Positions 28,630 to 45,675 of a stretch of 64,000 nucleotides of DNA are shown one piece after another. The DNA is from the human T2T-CHM13v2.0 reference genome, Homo sapiens, in NCBI RefSeq assembly GCF_009914755.1, contig NC_060939.1; one strand, 5' to 3'. Position 1 is the stretch's first letter. Every line of letters begins with the position of its first letter. The notes below the pieces were generated by a model. It searched no databases. It saw only the letters and a list, made by a program, of their open reading frames with translations, and was not told the DNA's origin. Position numbers and translations under genes: made by a program.

Positions 28630-30772
28630 TTATATATGATATATGTTATATGTTATGTAATATGCTTTATATGTAATATATAACCTCATATATATTATAT
28701 GTCATAATATATAATAGTTATCCTGTGTCATATTATATATATTATATATTTCATAACATATATAATATATAATACATATTATACATCTTATATATGAAAA
28801 TATGTAATTAGAGATAAAATAACATATAGTTATATATAATATGATATATAACATATATACTATATCATATATGATATATAATATATAATTTTTTATTGCA
28901 TGTTATAATTCATACATATTATAATTTATATAATGATATAATTATTTATATAATATAAATAATTATACATGATTATATAATTATATATAATATAAATAAT
29001 AATATATATAATTACATATTCATATCGTTATATATAATAATACATTTCATATGTAATTATATATATCATATAATAGACAACACACCTAATATATAATATA
29101 TAATATATATTATACAATATAGGATACAAAAGATGTATGATATATAAGATATCATAATATAATATATATTTTAACATTATGTATGTAACATGTAATATGT
29201 GATATATAAAATAAATTATGTAATATAAAATAATATAATATAATATATACTATATTAAGGTATATTATGTAAAGTATGTAATAAAATTATAAGTAACATA
29301 ATATATAGTTATATATATTATCTTATGTATTTACATAGAGTATTATACAGTTATATATAATTTTAAATTGTTATATATAATTTAATATAAAACAAATATA
29401 ATATACATCATAACATATATATTGTATACCATATATATATTATGTATCATATATTGTATGTTATATATCATATATTGTATATCATATATTATATGTTATA
29501 TGTATCACATTCCACATTTTGTATATTATAAATTATATACAATATATGACATATATTATATTATATATAATAAATTATACATTATATGTAACATAGTATA
29601 TATTATATGTAACATGTATATTCTATGTAAAATATATAATATATAACATATTACATATAATTAATAACATAGACATATAATATATATTTAACATATGTAC
29701 TATATATACAACGTATTATACATATACTATATAATATATATTATATATATGGCATAAAATATAATATATATTATATGTCATATTTTATATATACAATTAT
29801 ATATTATTATATGTTATTTTATATTATCTATAACATAGATATAATATATATACCTATAATGTATATTACATATAACGTAGATATTATATATAATATATAT
29901 AATGTATATTATATATAACGTAGATATTATATATAATATATATAATGTATATTATATATTTAATACGTATATTAACCATATAATATATTCTATATATGAT
30001 ATATAATATATATTATATATGTCATAAAATATAATATATATTATATGTCATTGTATAAATATAATACTTATATATTATCAATTATTATATTACATTTAAT
30101 ATATATAATATAAGATGCAGGATGTGAAACAATATTATATATATGTTATTTATATTATATATATGATACTATATATTATTGTATACATAATGTGTATATA
30201 TATTTGTGGGTGCCCTATTTCCCATCTCATAACTTGTTTTAAGAAGCGCAGCATAATAATGTGTGGGCTTGGGATTCAGTTTTTGAAACAAAACACTGAG
30301 CCTTCAATGACCTTTCGGTCTATGTAGAAGCGCTCCTGTCTTCGTGGCAGCAGTTGGACCTCACAATGTGGATTGTGCCGTCACCCTGCAATGTTTATGC
30401 CCTATCGCCATGGTGACGGGATTAGGGATCTCCTGCTCTTGGTCCTAAAGGCCACTGTCTGTGCTGTGTTTTTCAAAGGTCAGCACAGAGTGAACCTTTG
30501 TGGTTTTATTTTCCCTGAGTTTGATTTTTCTCATGGGGAACCTGTGGTGCTGCTTTGAAGGTATATTCATACTGGCCTTTCAAATGCCAACTCTTCAAAT
30601 TACTAGTTAATGCTTTCAAAGTATGTTATTTCAAAAATTATCCTCCGTATTTTCCATATGCAGTTATAAATATGTTTCATGGTTATGTTTCATTCCTCAG
30701 TTTATATATTTGATTATTGTACCAAGCAGAGTACCTTTGAAATTTTTTTTCATCTAAAAAATATGTAAATTA

Positions 30773-31062
30773 GCTCAGGCCTGTAATCCCAGCAAATTTG
30801 GAGGCCAAGGCAAGGGGATCACAAGGTAAAGAGATCAAGACCATCCTGGCCAATACAGTGAAACGCTGTCACTACTAAAAATCCAAAAAATTAGCTAGGC
30901 ATTGTGGCAGCTGGTGTAGTCCCAGTGTGGTGTAGTCCAAGCTACCTGGGAGGCTGAGGGAGGGCAATCGCTTGAACCCGTGAGGCAGATGTTGCAGTGA
31001 GCAAATTTGGTGCCATTGTACTCCACCCTGTGCAACAGGACAACACTCTGTCTAAAAAAAAA
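30773..31062 (+). mobile_element. Alu remnant, unit 13
   Basis: Copy of the 1548-1837 Alu. Confidence 0.93.
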
Positions 31063-33208
31063 TTATATATGATATATGTTATATGTTATGTAATATGCTT
31101 TATATGTAATATATAACCTCATATATATTATATGTCATAATATATAATAGTTATCCTGTGTCATATTATATATATTATATATTTCATAACATATATAATA
31201 TATAATACATATTATACATCTTATATATGAAAATATGTAATTAGAGATAAAATAACATATAGTTATATATAATATGATATATAACATATATACTATATCA
31301 TATATGATATATAATATATTTTTATTACATATTATAATTCATATATATTATAATTTATATAATGATATAATTATTTATATAATATAAATAATTATACATA
31401 ATTATATAATTGTATATAATATAAATAATAATATATATAATTACATATTCATATCGTTATATATAATAATACATTTCATATGTAATTATATATATCATAT
31501 AATAGACAACACACCTAATATATAATATATAATATCTATTATACAATATAGGATACAAAAGATGTATGATATATAAGATATCATAATATAATATATATTT
31601 TAACATTATGTATGTAACATGTAATATGTGATATATAAAATAAATTATGTAATATAAAATAATATAATATAATATATACTATATTAAGGTATATTATGTA
31701 AAGTATGTAATAAAATTATAAGTAACATAATATATAGTTATATATATTATCTTATGTATTTACATAGAGTATTATACAGTTATATATAATTTTAAATTGT
31801 TATATATAATTTAATATAAAACAAATATAATATACATCATAACATATATATTGTATACCATATATATATTATGTATCATGTATTGTATGTTATATATTAT
31901 ATATTCTATATCATATATCATATATTATATGCTATATATATCACATTCCACATTTTGTATATTATAAATTATATACAATATATGACATGTATTATATTAT
32001 ATATAATAAATTATACATTATATGTAACATAGTATATATTATATGTAACATGTATATTCTATGTAAAATATATAATATATAACATATTTCATATAATTAA
32101 TAACATAGACATATAATATATATTTAACATATGTACTATATATACAACGTATTATACATATACTATATAATATATATTATATATATGGCATAAAATATAA
32201 TATATATTATATGTCATATTTTATATATACAATTATATATTATTATATGTTATTTTATATTATCTATAACATAGATATAATATATATACCTATAATGTAT
32301 ATTACATATAACGTAGATATTATATATAATATATATAATGTATATTATATATAACGTAGATATTATATATAATATATATAATGTATATTATATATTTAAT
32401 ACGTATATTAACCATATAATATATTCTATATATGATATATAATATATATTATATATGTCATAAAATATAATATATATTATATGTCATTGTATAAATATAA
32501 TACTTATATATTATCAATTATTATATTACATTTAATATATATAATATAAGATGCAGGATGTGAAACAATATTATATATATGTTATTTATATTATATATAT
32601 GATACTATATATTATTGTATACATAATGTGTATATATATTTGTGGGTGCCCTATTTCCCATCTCATAACTTGTTTTAAGAAGCGCAGCATAATAATGTGT
32701 GGGCTTGGGATTCAGTTTTTGAAACAAAACACTGAGCCTTCAATGACCTTTCGGTCTATGTAGAAGCGCTCCTGTCTTCGTGGCAGCAGTTGGACCTCAC
32801 AATGTGGATTGTGCCGTCACCCTGCAATGTTTATGCCCTATCGCCATGGTGACGGGATTAGGGATCTCCTGCTCTTGGTCCTAAAGGCCACTGTCTGTGC
32901 TGTGTTTTTCAAAGGTCAGCACAGAGTGAACCTTTGTGGTTTTATTTTCCCTGAGTTTGATTTTTCTCATGGGGAACCTGTGGTGCTGCTTTGAAGGTAT
33001 ATTCATACTGGCCTTTCAAATGCCAACTCTTCAAATTACTAGTTAATGCTTTCAAAGTATGTTATTTCAAAAATTATCCTCCGTATTTTCCATATGCAGT
33101 TATAAATATGTTTCATGGTTATGTTTCATTCCTCAGTTTATATATTTGATTATTGTACCAAGCAGAGTACCTTTGAAATTTTTTTTCATCTAAAAAATAT
33201 GTAAATTA

Positions 33209-33498
33209 GCTCAGGCCTGTAATCCCAGCAAATTTGGAGGCCAAGGCAAGGGGATCACAAGGTAAAGAGATCAAGACCATCCTGGCCAATACAGTGAAAC
33301 GCTGTCACTACTAAAAATCCAAAAAATTAGCTAGGCATTGTGGCAGCTGGTGTAGTCCCAGTGTGGTGTAGTCCAAGCTACCTGGGAGGCTGAGGGAGGG
33401 CAATCGCTTGAACCCGTGAGGCAGATGTTGCAGTGAGCAAATTTGGTGCCATTGTACTCCACCCTGTGCAACAGGACAACACTCTGTCTAAAAAAAAA
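33209..33498 (+). mobile_element. Alu remnant, unit 14
   Basis: Copy of the 1548-1837 Alu. Confidence 0.93.
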
Positions 33499-35644
33499 TT
33501 ATATATGATATATGTTATATGTTATGTAATATGCTTTATATGTAATATATAACCTCATATATATTATATGTCATAATATATAATAGTTATCCTGTGTCAT
33601 ATTATATATATTATATATTTCATAACATATATAATATATAATACATATTATACATCTTATATATGAAAATATGTAATTAGAGATAAAATAACATATAGTT
33701 ATATATAATATGATATATAACATATATACTATATCATATATGATATATAATATATTTTTATTACATATTATAATTCATATATATTATAATTTATATAATG
33801 ATATAATTATTTATATAATATAAATAATTATACATAATTATATAATTGTATATAATATAAATAATAATATATATAATTACATATTCATATCGTTATATAT
33901 AATAATACATTTCATATGTAATTATATATATCATATAATAGACAACACACCTAATATATAATATATAATATATATTATACAATATAGGATACAAAAGATG
34001 TATGATATATAAGATATCATAATATAATATATATTTTAACATTATGTATGTAACATGTAATATGTGATATATAAAATAAATTATGTAATATAAAATAATA
34101 TAATATAATATATACTATATTAAGGTATATTATGTAAAGTATGTAATAAAATTATAAGTAACATAATATATAGTTATATATATTATCTTATGTATTTACA
34201 TAGAGTATTATACAGTTATATATAATTTTAAATTGTTATATATAATTTAATATAAAACAAATATAATATACATCATAAAATATATATTGTATACCATATA
34301 TATATTATGTATCATGTATTGTATGTTATATATTATATATTCTATATCATATATCATATATTATATGTTATATATATCACATTCCACATTTTGTATATTA
34401 TAAATTATATACAATATATGACATGTATTATATTATATATAATAAATTATACATTATATGTAACATAGTATATATTATATGTAACATGTATATTCTATGT
34501 AAAATATATAATATATAACATATTTCATATAATTAATAACATAGACATATAATATATATTTAACATATGTACTATATATACAACGTATTATACATATACT
34601 ATATAATATATATTATATATATGGCATAAAATATAATATATATTATATGTCATATTTTATATATACAATTATATATTATTATATGTTATTTTATATTATC
34701 TATAACATAGATATAATATATATACCTATAATGTATATTACATATAACGTAGATATTATATATAATATATATAATGTATATTATATATAACGTAGATATT
34801 ATATATAATATATATAATGTATATTATATATTTAATACGTATATTAACCATATAATATATTCTATATATGATATATAATATATATTATATATGTCATAAA
34901 ATATAATATATATTATATGTCATTGTATAAATATAATACTTATATATTATCAATTATTATATTACATTTAATATATATAATATAAGATGCAGGATGTGAA
35001 ACAATATTATATATATGTTATTTATATTATATATATGATACTATATATTATTGTATACATAATGTGTATATATATTTGTGGGTGCCCTATTTCCCATCTC
35101 ATAACTTGTTTTAAGAAGCGCAGCATAATAATGTGTGGGCTTGGGATTCAGTTTTTGAAACAAAACACTGAGCCTTCAATGACCTTTCGGTCTATGTAGA
35201 AGCGCTCCTGTCTTCGTGGCAGCAGTTGGACCTCACAATGTGGATTGTGCCGTCACCCTGCAATGTTTATGCCCTATCGCCATGGTGACGGGATTAGGGA
35301 TCTCCTGCTCTTGGTCCTAAAGGCCACTGTCTGTGCTGTGTTTTTCAAAGGTCAGCACAGAGTGAACCTTTGTGGTTTTATTTTCCCTGAGTTTGATTTT
35401 TCTCATGGGGAACCTGTGGTGCTGCTTTGAAGGTATATTCATACTGGCCTTTCAAATGCCAACTCTTCAAATTACTAGTTAATGCTTTCAAAGTATGTTA
35501 TTTCAAAAATTATCCTCCGTATTTTCCATATGCAGTTATAAATATGTTTCATGGTTATGTTTCATTCCTCAGTTTATATATTTGATTATTGTACCAAGCA
35601 GAGTACCTTTGAAATTTTTTTTCATCTAAAAAATATGTAAATTA

Positions 35645-35934
35645 GCTCAGGCCTGTAATCCCAGCAAATTTGGAGGCCAAGGCAAGGGGATCACAAGGTA
35701 AAGAGATCAAGACCATCCTGGCCAATACAGTGAAACGCTGTCACTACTAAAAATCCAAAAAATTAGCTAGGCATTGTGGCAGCTGGTGTAGTCCCAGTGT
35801 GGTGTAGTCCAAGCTACCTGGGAGGCTGAGGGAGGGCAATCGCTTGAACCCGTGAGGCAGATGTTGCAGTGAGCAAATTTGGTGCCATTGTACTCCACCC
35901 TGTGCAACAGGACAACACTCTGTCTAAAAAAAAA
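35645..35934 (+). mobile_element. Alu remnant, unit 15
   Basis: Copy of the 1548-1837 Alu. Confidence 0.93.
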
Positions 35935-38084
35935 TTATATATGATATATGTTATATGTTATGTAATATGCTTTATATGTAATATATAACCTCATATATAT
36001 TATATGTCATAATATATAATAGTTATCCTGTGTCATATTATATATATTATATATTTCATAACATATATAATATATAATACATATTATACATCTTATATAT
36101 GAAAATATGTAATTAGAGATAAAATAACATATAGTTATATATAATATGATATATAACATATATACTATATCATATATGATATATAATATATAATTTTTTA
36201 TTGCATATTATAATTCATATATATTATAATTTATATAATGATATAATTATTTATATAATATAAATAATTATACATGCTTATATAATTATATATAATATAA
36301 ATAATAATATATATAATTACATATTCATATCGTTATATATAATAATACATTTCATATGTAATTATATATATCATATAATAGACAACACACCTAATATATA
36401 ATATATAATATATATTATACAATATAGGATACAAAAGATGTATGATATATAAGATATCATAATATAATATATATTTTAACATTATGTATGTAACATGTAA
36501 TATGTGATATATAAAATAAATTATGTAATATAAAATAATATAATATAATATATACTATATTATGGTATATTATGTAAAGTATGTAATAAAATTATAAGTA
36601 ACATAATATATAGTTATATATATTACCTTATGTATTTACATAGAGTATTATACAGTTATATATAATTTTAAATTGTTATATATAATTTAATATAAAACAA
36701 ATATAATATATATCATAACATATATATTGTATACCATATATATATTATGTATCATATATTGTATGTTATATATTATATATTCTATATCATATATCATATA
36801 TTATATGTTATATATATCACATTCCACATTTTGTATATTATAAATTATATACAATATATGACATGTATTATATTATATATAATAAATTATACATTATATG
36901 TAACATAGTATATATTATATGTAACATGTATATTCTATGTAAAATATATAATATATAACATATTACATATAATTAATAACATAGACATATAATATATATT
37001 TAACATATGTACTATATATACAACGTATTATACATATACTATATAATATATATTATATATATGGCATAAAATATAATATATATTATATGTCATATTTTAT
37101 ATATACAATTATATATTATTATATGTTATTTTATATTATCTATAACATAGATATAATATATATACCTATAATGTATATTACATATAACGTAGATATTATA
37201 TATAATATATATAATGTATATTATATATAACGTAGATATTATATATAATATATATAATGTATATTATATATTTAATACGTATATTAACCATATAATATAT
37301 TCTATATATGATATATAATATATATTATATATGTCATAAAATATAATATATATTATATGTCATTGTATAAATATAATACTTATATATTATCAATTATTAT
37401 ATTACATTTAATATATATAATATAAGATGCAGGATGTGAAACAATATTATATATATGTTATTTATATTATATATATGATACTATATATTATTGTATACAT
37501 AATGTGTATATATATTTGTGGGTGCCCTATTTCCCATCTCATAACTTGTTTTAAGAAGCGCAGCATAATAATGTGTGGGCTTGGGATTCAGTTTTTGAAA
37601 CAAAACACTGAGCCTTCAATGACCTTTCGGTCTATGTAGAAGCGCTCCTGTCTTCGTGGCAGCAGTTGGACCTCACAATGTGGATTGTGCCGTCACCCTG
37701 CAATGTTTATGCCCTATCGCCATGGTGACGGGATTAGGGATCTCCTGCTCTTGGTCCTAAAGGCCACTGTCTGTGCTGTGTTTTTCAAAGGTCAGCACAG
37801 AGTGAACCTTTGTGGTTTTATTTTCCCTGAGTTTGATTTTTCTCATGGGGAACCTGTGGTGCTGCTTTGAAGGTATATTCATACTGGCCTTTCAAATGCC
37901 AACTCTTCAAATTACTAGTTAATGCTTTCAAAGTATGTTATTTCAAAAATTATCCTCCGTATTTTCCATATGCAGTTATAAATATGTTTCATGGTTATGT
38001 TTCATTCCTCAGTTTATATATTTGATTATTGTACCAAGCAGAGTACCTTTGAAATTTTTTTTCATCTAAAAAATATGTAAATTA

Positions 38085-38374
38085 GCTCAGGCCTGTAATC
38101 CCAGCAAATTTGGAGGCCAAGGCAAGGGGATCACAAGGTAAAGAGATCAAGACCATCCTGGCCAATACAGTGAAACGCTGTCACTACGAAAAATCCAAAA
38201 AATTAGCTAGGCATTGTGGCAGCTGGTGTAGTCCCAGTGTGGTGTAGTCCAAGCTACCTGGGAGGCTGAGGGAGGGCAATCGCTTGAACCCGTGAGGCAG
38301 ATGTTGCAGTGAGCAAATTTGGTGCCATTGTACTCCACCCTGTGCAACAGGACAACACTCTGTCTAAAAAAAAA
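38085..38374 (+). mobile_element. Alu remnant, unit 16
   Basis: Copy of the Alu with the TACGAAAA variant at 38188. Confidence 0.93.
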
Positions 38375-40517
38375 TTATATATGATATATGTTATATGTTA
38401 TGTAATATGCTTTATATGTAATATATAACCTCATATATATTATATGTCATAATATATAATAGTTATCCTGTGTCATATTATATATATTATATATTTCATA
38501 ACATATATAATATATAATACATATTATACATCTTATATATGAAAATATGTAATTAGAGATAAAATAACATATAGTTATATATAATATGATATATAACATA
38601 TATACTATATCATATATGATATATAATATATAATTTTTTATTGCATATTATAATTCATATATATTATAATTTATATAATGATATAATTATTTATATAATA
38701 TAAATAATTATACATGATTATATAATTATATATAATATAAATAATAATATATATAATTACATATTCATATCGTTATATATAATAATACATTTCATATGTA
38801 ATTATATATATCATATAATAGACAACACACCTAATATATAATATATAATATATATTATACAATATAGGATACAAAAGATGTATGATATATAAGATATCAT
38901 AATATAATATATATTTTAACATTATGTATGTAACATGTAATATGTGATATATAAAATAAATTATGTAATATAAAATAATATAATATAATATATACTATAT
39001 TAAGGTATATTATGTAAAGTATGTAATAAAATTATAAGTAACATAATATATAGTTATATATATTATCTTATGTATTTACATAGAGTATTATACAGTTATA
39101 TATAATTTTAAATTGTTATATATAATTTAATATAAAACAAATATAATATATATCATAACATATATATTGTATACCATATATATATTATGTATCATATATT
39201 GTATGTTATATATTATATATTCTATATCATATATCATATATTATATGTTATATATATCACATTCCACATTTTGTATATTATAAATTATATACAATATATG
39301 ACATATATTATATTATATATAATAAATTATACATTATATGTAACATAGTATATATTATATGTAACATGTATATTCTATGTAAAATATATAATATATAACA
39401 TATTACATATAATTAATAACATAGACATATAATATATATTTAACATATGTACTATATATACAACGTATTATACATATACTATATAATATATATATGGCAT
39501 AAAATATAATATATATTATATGTCATATTTTATATATACAATTATATATTATTATATGTTATTTTATATTATCTATAACATAGATATAATATATATACCT
39601 ATAATGTATATTACATATAACGTAGATATTATATATAATATATATAATGTATATTATATATAACGTAGATATTATATATAATATATATAATGTATATTAT
39701 ATATTTAATACGTATATTAACCATATAATATATTCTATATATGATATATAATATATATTATATATGTCATAAAATATAATATATATTATATGTCATTGTA
39801 TAAATATAATACTTATATATTATCAATTATTATATTACATTTAATATATATAATATAAGATGCAGGATGTGAAACAATATTATATATATGTTATTTATAT
39901 TATATATATGATACTATATATTATTGTATACATAATGTGTATATATATTTGTGGGTGCCCTATTTCCCATCTCATAACTTGTTTTAAGAAGCGCAGCATA
40001 ATAATGTGTGGGCTTGGGATTCAGTTTTTGAAACAAAACACTGAGCCTTCAATGACCTTTCGGTCTATGTAGAAGCGCTCCTGTCTTCGTGGCAGCAGTT
40101 GGACCTCACAATGTGGATTGTGCCGTCACCCTGCAATGTTTATGCCCTATCGCCATGGTGACGGGATTAGGGATCTCCTGCTCTTGGTCCTAAAGGCCAC
40201 TGTCTGTGCTGTGTTTTTCAAAGGTCAGCACAGAGTGAACCTTTGTGGTTTTATTTTCCCTGAGTTTGATTTTTCTCATGGGGAACCTGTGGTGCTGCTT
40301 TGAAGGTATATTCATACTGGCCTTTCAAATGCCAACTCTTCAAATTACTAGTTAATGCTTTCAAAGTATGTTATTTCAAAAATTATCCTCCGTATTTTCC
40401 ATATGCAGTTATAAATATGTTTCATGGTTATGTTTCATTCCTCAGTTTATATATTTGATTATTGTACCAAGCAGAGTACCTTTGAAATTTTTTTTCATCT
40501 AAAAAATATGTAAATTA

Positions 40518-40807
40518 GCTCAGGCCTGTAATCCCAGCAAATTTGGAGGCCAAGGCAAGGGGATCACAAGGTAAAGAGATCAAGACCATCCTGGCCAATA
40601 CAGTGAAACGCTGTCACTACTAAAAATCCAAAAAATTAGCTAGGCATTGTGGCAGCTGGTGTAGTCCCAGTGTGGTGTAGTCCAAGCTACCTGGGAGGCT
40701 GAGGGAGGGCAATCGCTTGAACCCGTGAGGCAGATGTTGCAGTGAGCAAATTTGGTGCCATTGTACTCCACCCTGTGCAACAGGACAACACTCTGTCTAA
40801 AAAAAAA
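40518..40807 (+). mobile_element. Alu remnant, unit 17
   Basis: Copy of the 1548-1837 Alu. Confidence 0.93.
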
Positions 40808-42954
40808 TTATATATGATATATGTTATATGTTATGTAATATGCTTTATATGTAATATATAACCTCATATATATTATATGTCATAATATATAATAGTTATC
40901 CTGTGTCATATTATATATATTATATATTTCATAACATATATAATATATAATACATATTATACATCTTATATATGAAAATATGTAATTAGAGATAAAATAA
41001 CATATAGTTATATATAATATGATATATAACATATATACTATATCATATATGATATATAATATATAATTTTTTATTGCATATTATAATTCATATATATTAT
41101 AATTTATATAATGATATAATTATTTATATAATATAAATAATTATACATAATTATATAATTATATATAATATAAATAATATATATAATTACATATTCATAT
41201 CGTTATATATAATAATACATTTCATATGTAATTATATATATCATATAATAGACAACACACCTAATATATAATATATAATATCTATTATACAATATAGGAT
41301 ACATAATATGTATGATATATAAGATATCATAATATAATATATATTTTAACATTATGTATGTAACATGTAATATGTGATATATAAAATAAATTATGTAATA
41401 TAAAATAATATAATATAATATATACTATATTAAGGTATATAATGTAAAGTATGTAATAAAATTATAAGTAACATAATATATAGTTATATATATTATCTTA
41501 TGTATTTACATAGAGTATTATACAGTTATATATAATTTTAAATTGTTATATATAATTTAATATAAAACAAATATAATATATATCATAACATATATATTGT
41601 ATACCATATATATATTATGTATCATGTATTGTATGTTATATACTATATATTCTATATCATATATCATATATTATATGTTATATATATCACATTCCACATT
41701 TTGTATATTATAAATTATATACAATATATGACATATATTATATTATATATAATAAATTATACATTATATGTAACATAGTATATATTATATGTAACATGTA
41801 TATTCTATGTAAAATATATAATATATAACATATTACATATAATTAATAACATAGACATATAATATATATTTAACATATGTACTATATATACAACGTATTA
41901 TACATATACTATATAATATATATTATATATGTGGCATAAAATATAATATATATTATATGTCATATTTTATATATACAATTATATATTATTATATGTTATT
42001 TTATATTATCTATAACATAGATATAATATATATACCTATAATGTATATTACATATAACGTAGATATTATATATAATATATATAATGTATATTATATATAA
42101 CGTAGATATTATATATAATATATATAATTTATATTATATATTTAATACGTATATTAACCATATAATATATTCTATATATGATATATAATATATATTATAT
42201 ATGTCATAAAATATAATATATATTATATGTCATTGTATAAATATAATACTTATATATTATCAATTATTATATTACATTTAATATATATAATATAAGATGC
42301 AGGATGTGAAACAATATTATATATATGTTATTTATATTATATATATGATACTATATATTATTGTATACATAATGTGTATATATATTTGTGGGTGCCCTAT
42401 TTCCCATCTCATAACTTGTTTTAAGAAGCGCAGCATAATAATGTGTGGGCTTGGGATTCAGTTTTTGAAACAAAACACTGAGCCTTCAATGACCTTTCGG
42501 TCTATGTAGAAGCGCTCCTGTCTTCGTGGCAGCAGTTGGACCTCACAATGTGGATTGTGCCGTCACCCTGCAATGTTTATGCCCTATCGCCATGGTGACG
42601 GGATTAGGGATCTCCTGCTCTTGGTCCTAAAGGCCACTGTCTGTGCTGTGTTTTTCAAAGGTCAGCACAGAGTGAACCTTTGTGGTTTTATTTTCCCTGA
42701 GTTTGATTTTTCTCATGGGGAACCTGTGGTGCTGCTTTGAAGGTATATTCATACTGGCCTTTCAAATGCCAACTCTTCAAATTACTAGTTAATGCTTTCA
42801 AAGTATGTTATTTCAAAAATTATCCTCCGTATTTTCCATATGCAGTTATAAATATGTTTCATGGTTATGTTTCATTCCTCAGTTTATATATTTCATTATT
42901 GTACCAAGCAGAGTACCTTTGAAATTTTTTTTCATCTAAAAAATATGTAAATTA

Positions 42955-43243
42955 GCTCAGGCCTGTAATCCCAGCAAATTTGGAGGCCAAGGCAAGGGGA
43001 TCACAAGGTAAAGAGATCAAGACCATCCTGGCCAATACAGTGAAACGCTGTCACTACTAAAAATCCAAAAAATTAGCTAGGCATTGTGGCAGCTGGTGTA
43101 GTCCCAGTGTGGTGTAGTCCAAGCTACCTGGGAGGCTGAGGGAGGGCAATCGCTTGAACCCGTGAGGCAGATGTTGCAGTGAGCAAATTTGGTGCCATTG
43201 TACTCCACCCTGTGCAACAGGACAACACTCTGTCAAAAAAAAA
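42955..43243 (+). mobile_element. Alu remnant, unit 18
   Basis: Copy of the Alu lacking the T before the A tail, as in unit 12. Confidence 0.93.
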
Positions 43244-45385
43244 TTATATATGATATATGTTATATGTTATGTAATATGCTTTATATGTAATATATAACCT
43301 CATATATATTATATGTCATAATATATAATAGTTATCCTGTGTCATATTATATATATTATATATTTCATAACATATATAATATATAATACATATTATACAT
43401 CTTATATATGAAAATATGTAATTAGAGATAAAATAACATATAGTTATATATAATATGATATATAACATATATACTATATCATATATGATATATAATATAT
43501 AATTTTTTATTGCATGTTATAATTCATACATATTATAATTTATATAATTATATAATTATTTATATAATATAAATAATTATACATGATTATATAATTATAT
43601 ATAATATAAATAATAATATATATAATTACATATTCATATCGTTATATATAATAATACATTTCATATGTAATTATATATATCATATAATAGACAACACACC
43701 TAATATATAATATATAATATATATTATACAATATAGGATACAAAAGATGTATGATATATAAGATATCATAATATAATATATATTTTAACATTATGTATGT
43801 AACATGTAATATGTGATATATAAAATAAATTATGTAATATAAAATAATATAATATAATATATACTATATTAAGGTATATTATGTAAAGTATGTAATAAAA
43901 TTATAAGTAACATAATATATAGTTATATATATTATCTTATGTATTTACATAGAGTATTATACAGTTATATATAATTTTAAATTGTTATATATAATTTAAT
44001 ATAAAACAAATATAATATACATCATAACATATATATTGTATACCATATATATATTATGTATCATATATTGTATGTTATATATCATATATTGTATATCATA
44101 TATTATATGTTATATGTATCACATTCCACATTTTGTATATTATAAATTATATACAATATATGACATATATTATATTATATATAATAAATTATACATTATA
44201 TGTAACATAGTATATATTATATGTAACATGTATATTCTATGTAAAATATATAATATATAACATATTACATATAATTAATAACATAGACATATAATATATA
44301 TTTAATATATGTACTATATATACAACGTATTATACATATACTATATAATATATATTATATATATGGCATAAAATATAATATATATTATATGTCATATTTT
44401 ATATATACAATTATATATTATTATATGTTATTTTATATTATCTATAACATAGATATAATATATATACCTATAATGTATATTACATATAACGTAGATATTA
44501 TATATAATATATATAATGTATATTATATATAACGTAGATATTATATATAATATATATAATGTATATTATATATTTAATACGTATATTAACCATATAATAT
44601 ATTCTATATATGATATATAATATATATTATATATGTCATAAAATATAATATATATTATATGTCATTGTATAAATATAATACTTATATATTATCAATTATT
44701 ATATTACATTTAATATATATAATATAAGATGCAGGATGTGAAACAATATTATATATATGTTATTTATATTATATATATGATACTATATATTATTGTATAC
44801 ATAATGTGTATATATATTTGTGGGTGCCCTATTTCCCATCTCATAACTTGTTTTAAGAAGCGCAGCATAATAATGTGTGGGCTTGGGATTCAGTTTTTGA
44901 AACAAAACACTGAGCCTTCAATGACCTTTCGGTCTATGTAGAAGCGCTCCTGTCTTCGTGGCAGCAGTTGGACCTCACAATGTGGATTGTGCCGTCACCC
45001 TGCAATGTTTATGCCCTATCGCCATGGTGACGGGATTAGGGATCTCCTGCTCTTGGTCCTAAAGGCCACTGTCTGTGCTGTGTTTTTCAAAGGTCAGCAC
45101 AGAGTGAACCTTTGTGGTTTTATTTTCCCTGAGTTTGATTTTTCTCATGGGGAACCTGTGGTGCTGCTTTGAAGGTATATTCATACTGGCCTTTCAAATG
45201 CCAACTCTTCAAATTACTAGTTAATGCTTTCAAAGTATGTTATTTCAAAAATTATCCTCCGTATTTTCCATATGCAGTTATAAATATGTTTCATGGTTAT
45301 GTTTCATTCCTCAGTTTATATATTTGATTATTGTACCAAGCAGAGTACCTTTGAAATTTTTTTCATCTAAAAAATATGTAAATTA

Positions 45386-45675
45386 GCTCAGGCCTGTAAT
45401 CCCAGCAAATTTGGAGGCCAAGGCAAGGGGATCACAAGGTAAAGAGATCAAGACCATCCTGGCCAATACAGTGAAACGCTGTCACTACTAAAAATCCAAA
45501 AAATTAGCTAGGCATTGTGGCAGCTGGTGTAGTCCCAGTGTGGTGTAGTCCAAGCTACCTGGGAGGCTGAGGGAGGGCAATCGCTTGAACCCGTGAGGCA
45601 GATGTTGCAGTGAGCAAATTTGGTGCCATTGTACTCCACCCTGTGCAACAGGACAACACTCTGTCTAAAAAAAAA
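45386..45675 (+). mobile_element. Alu remnant, unit 19
   Basis: Copy of the 1548-1837 Alu. Confidence 0.93.
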
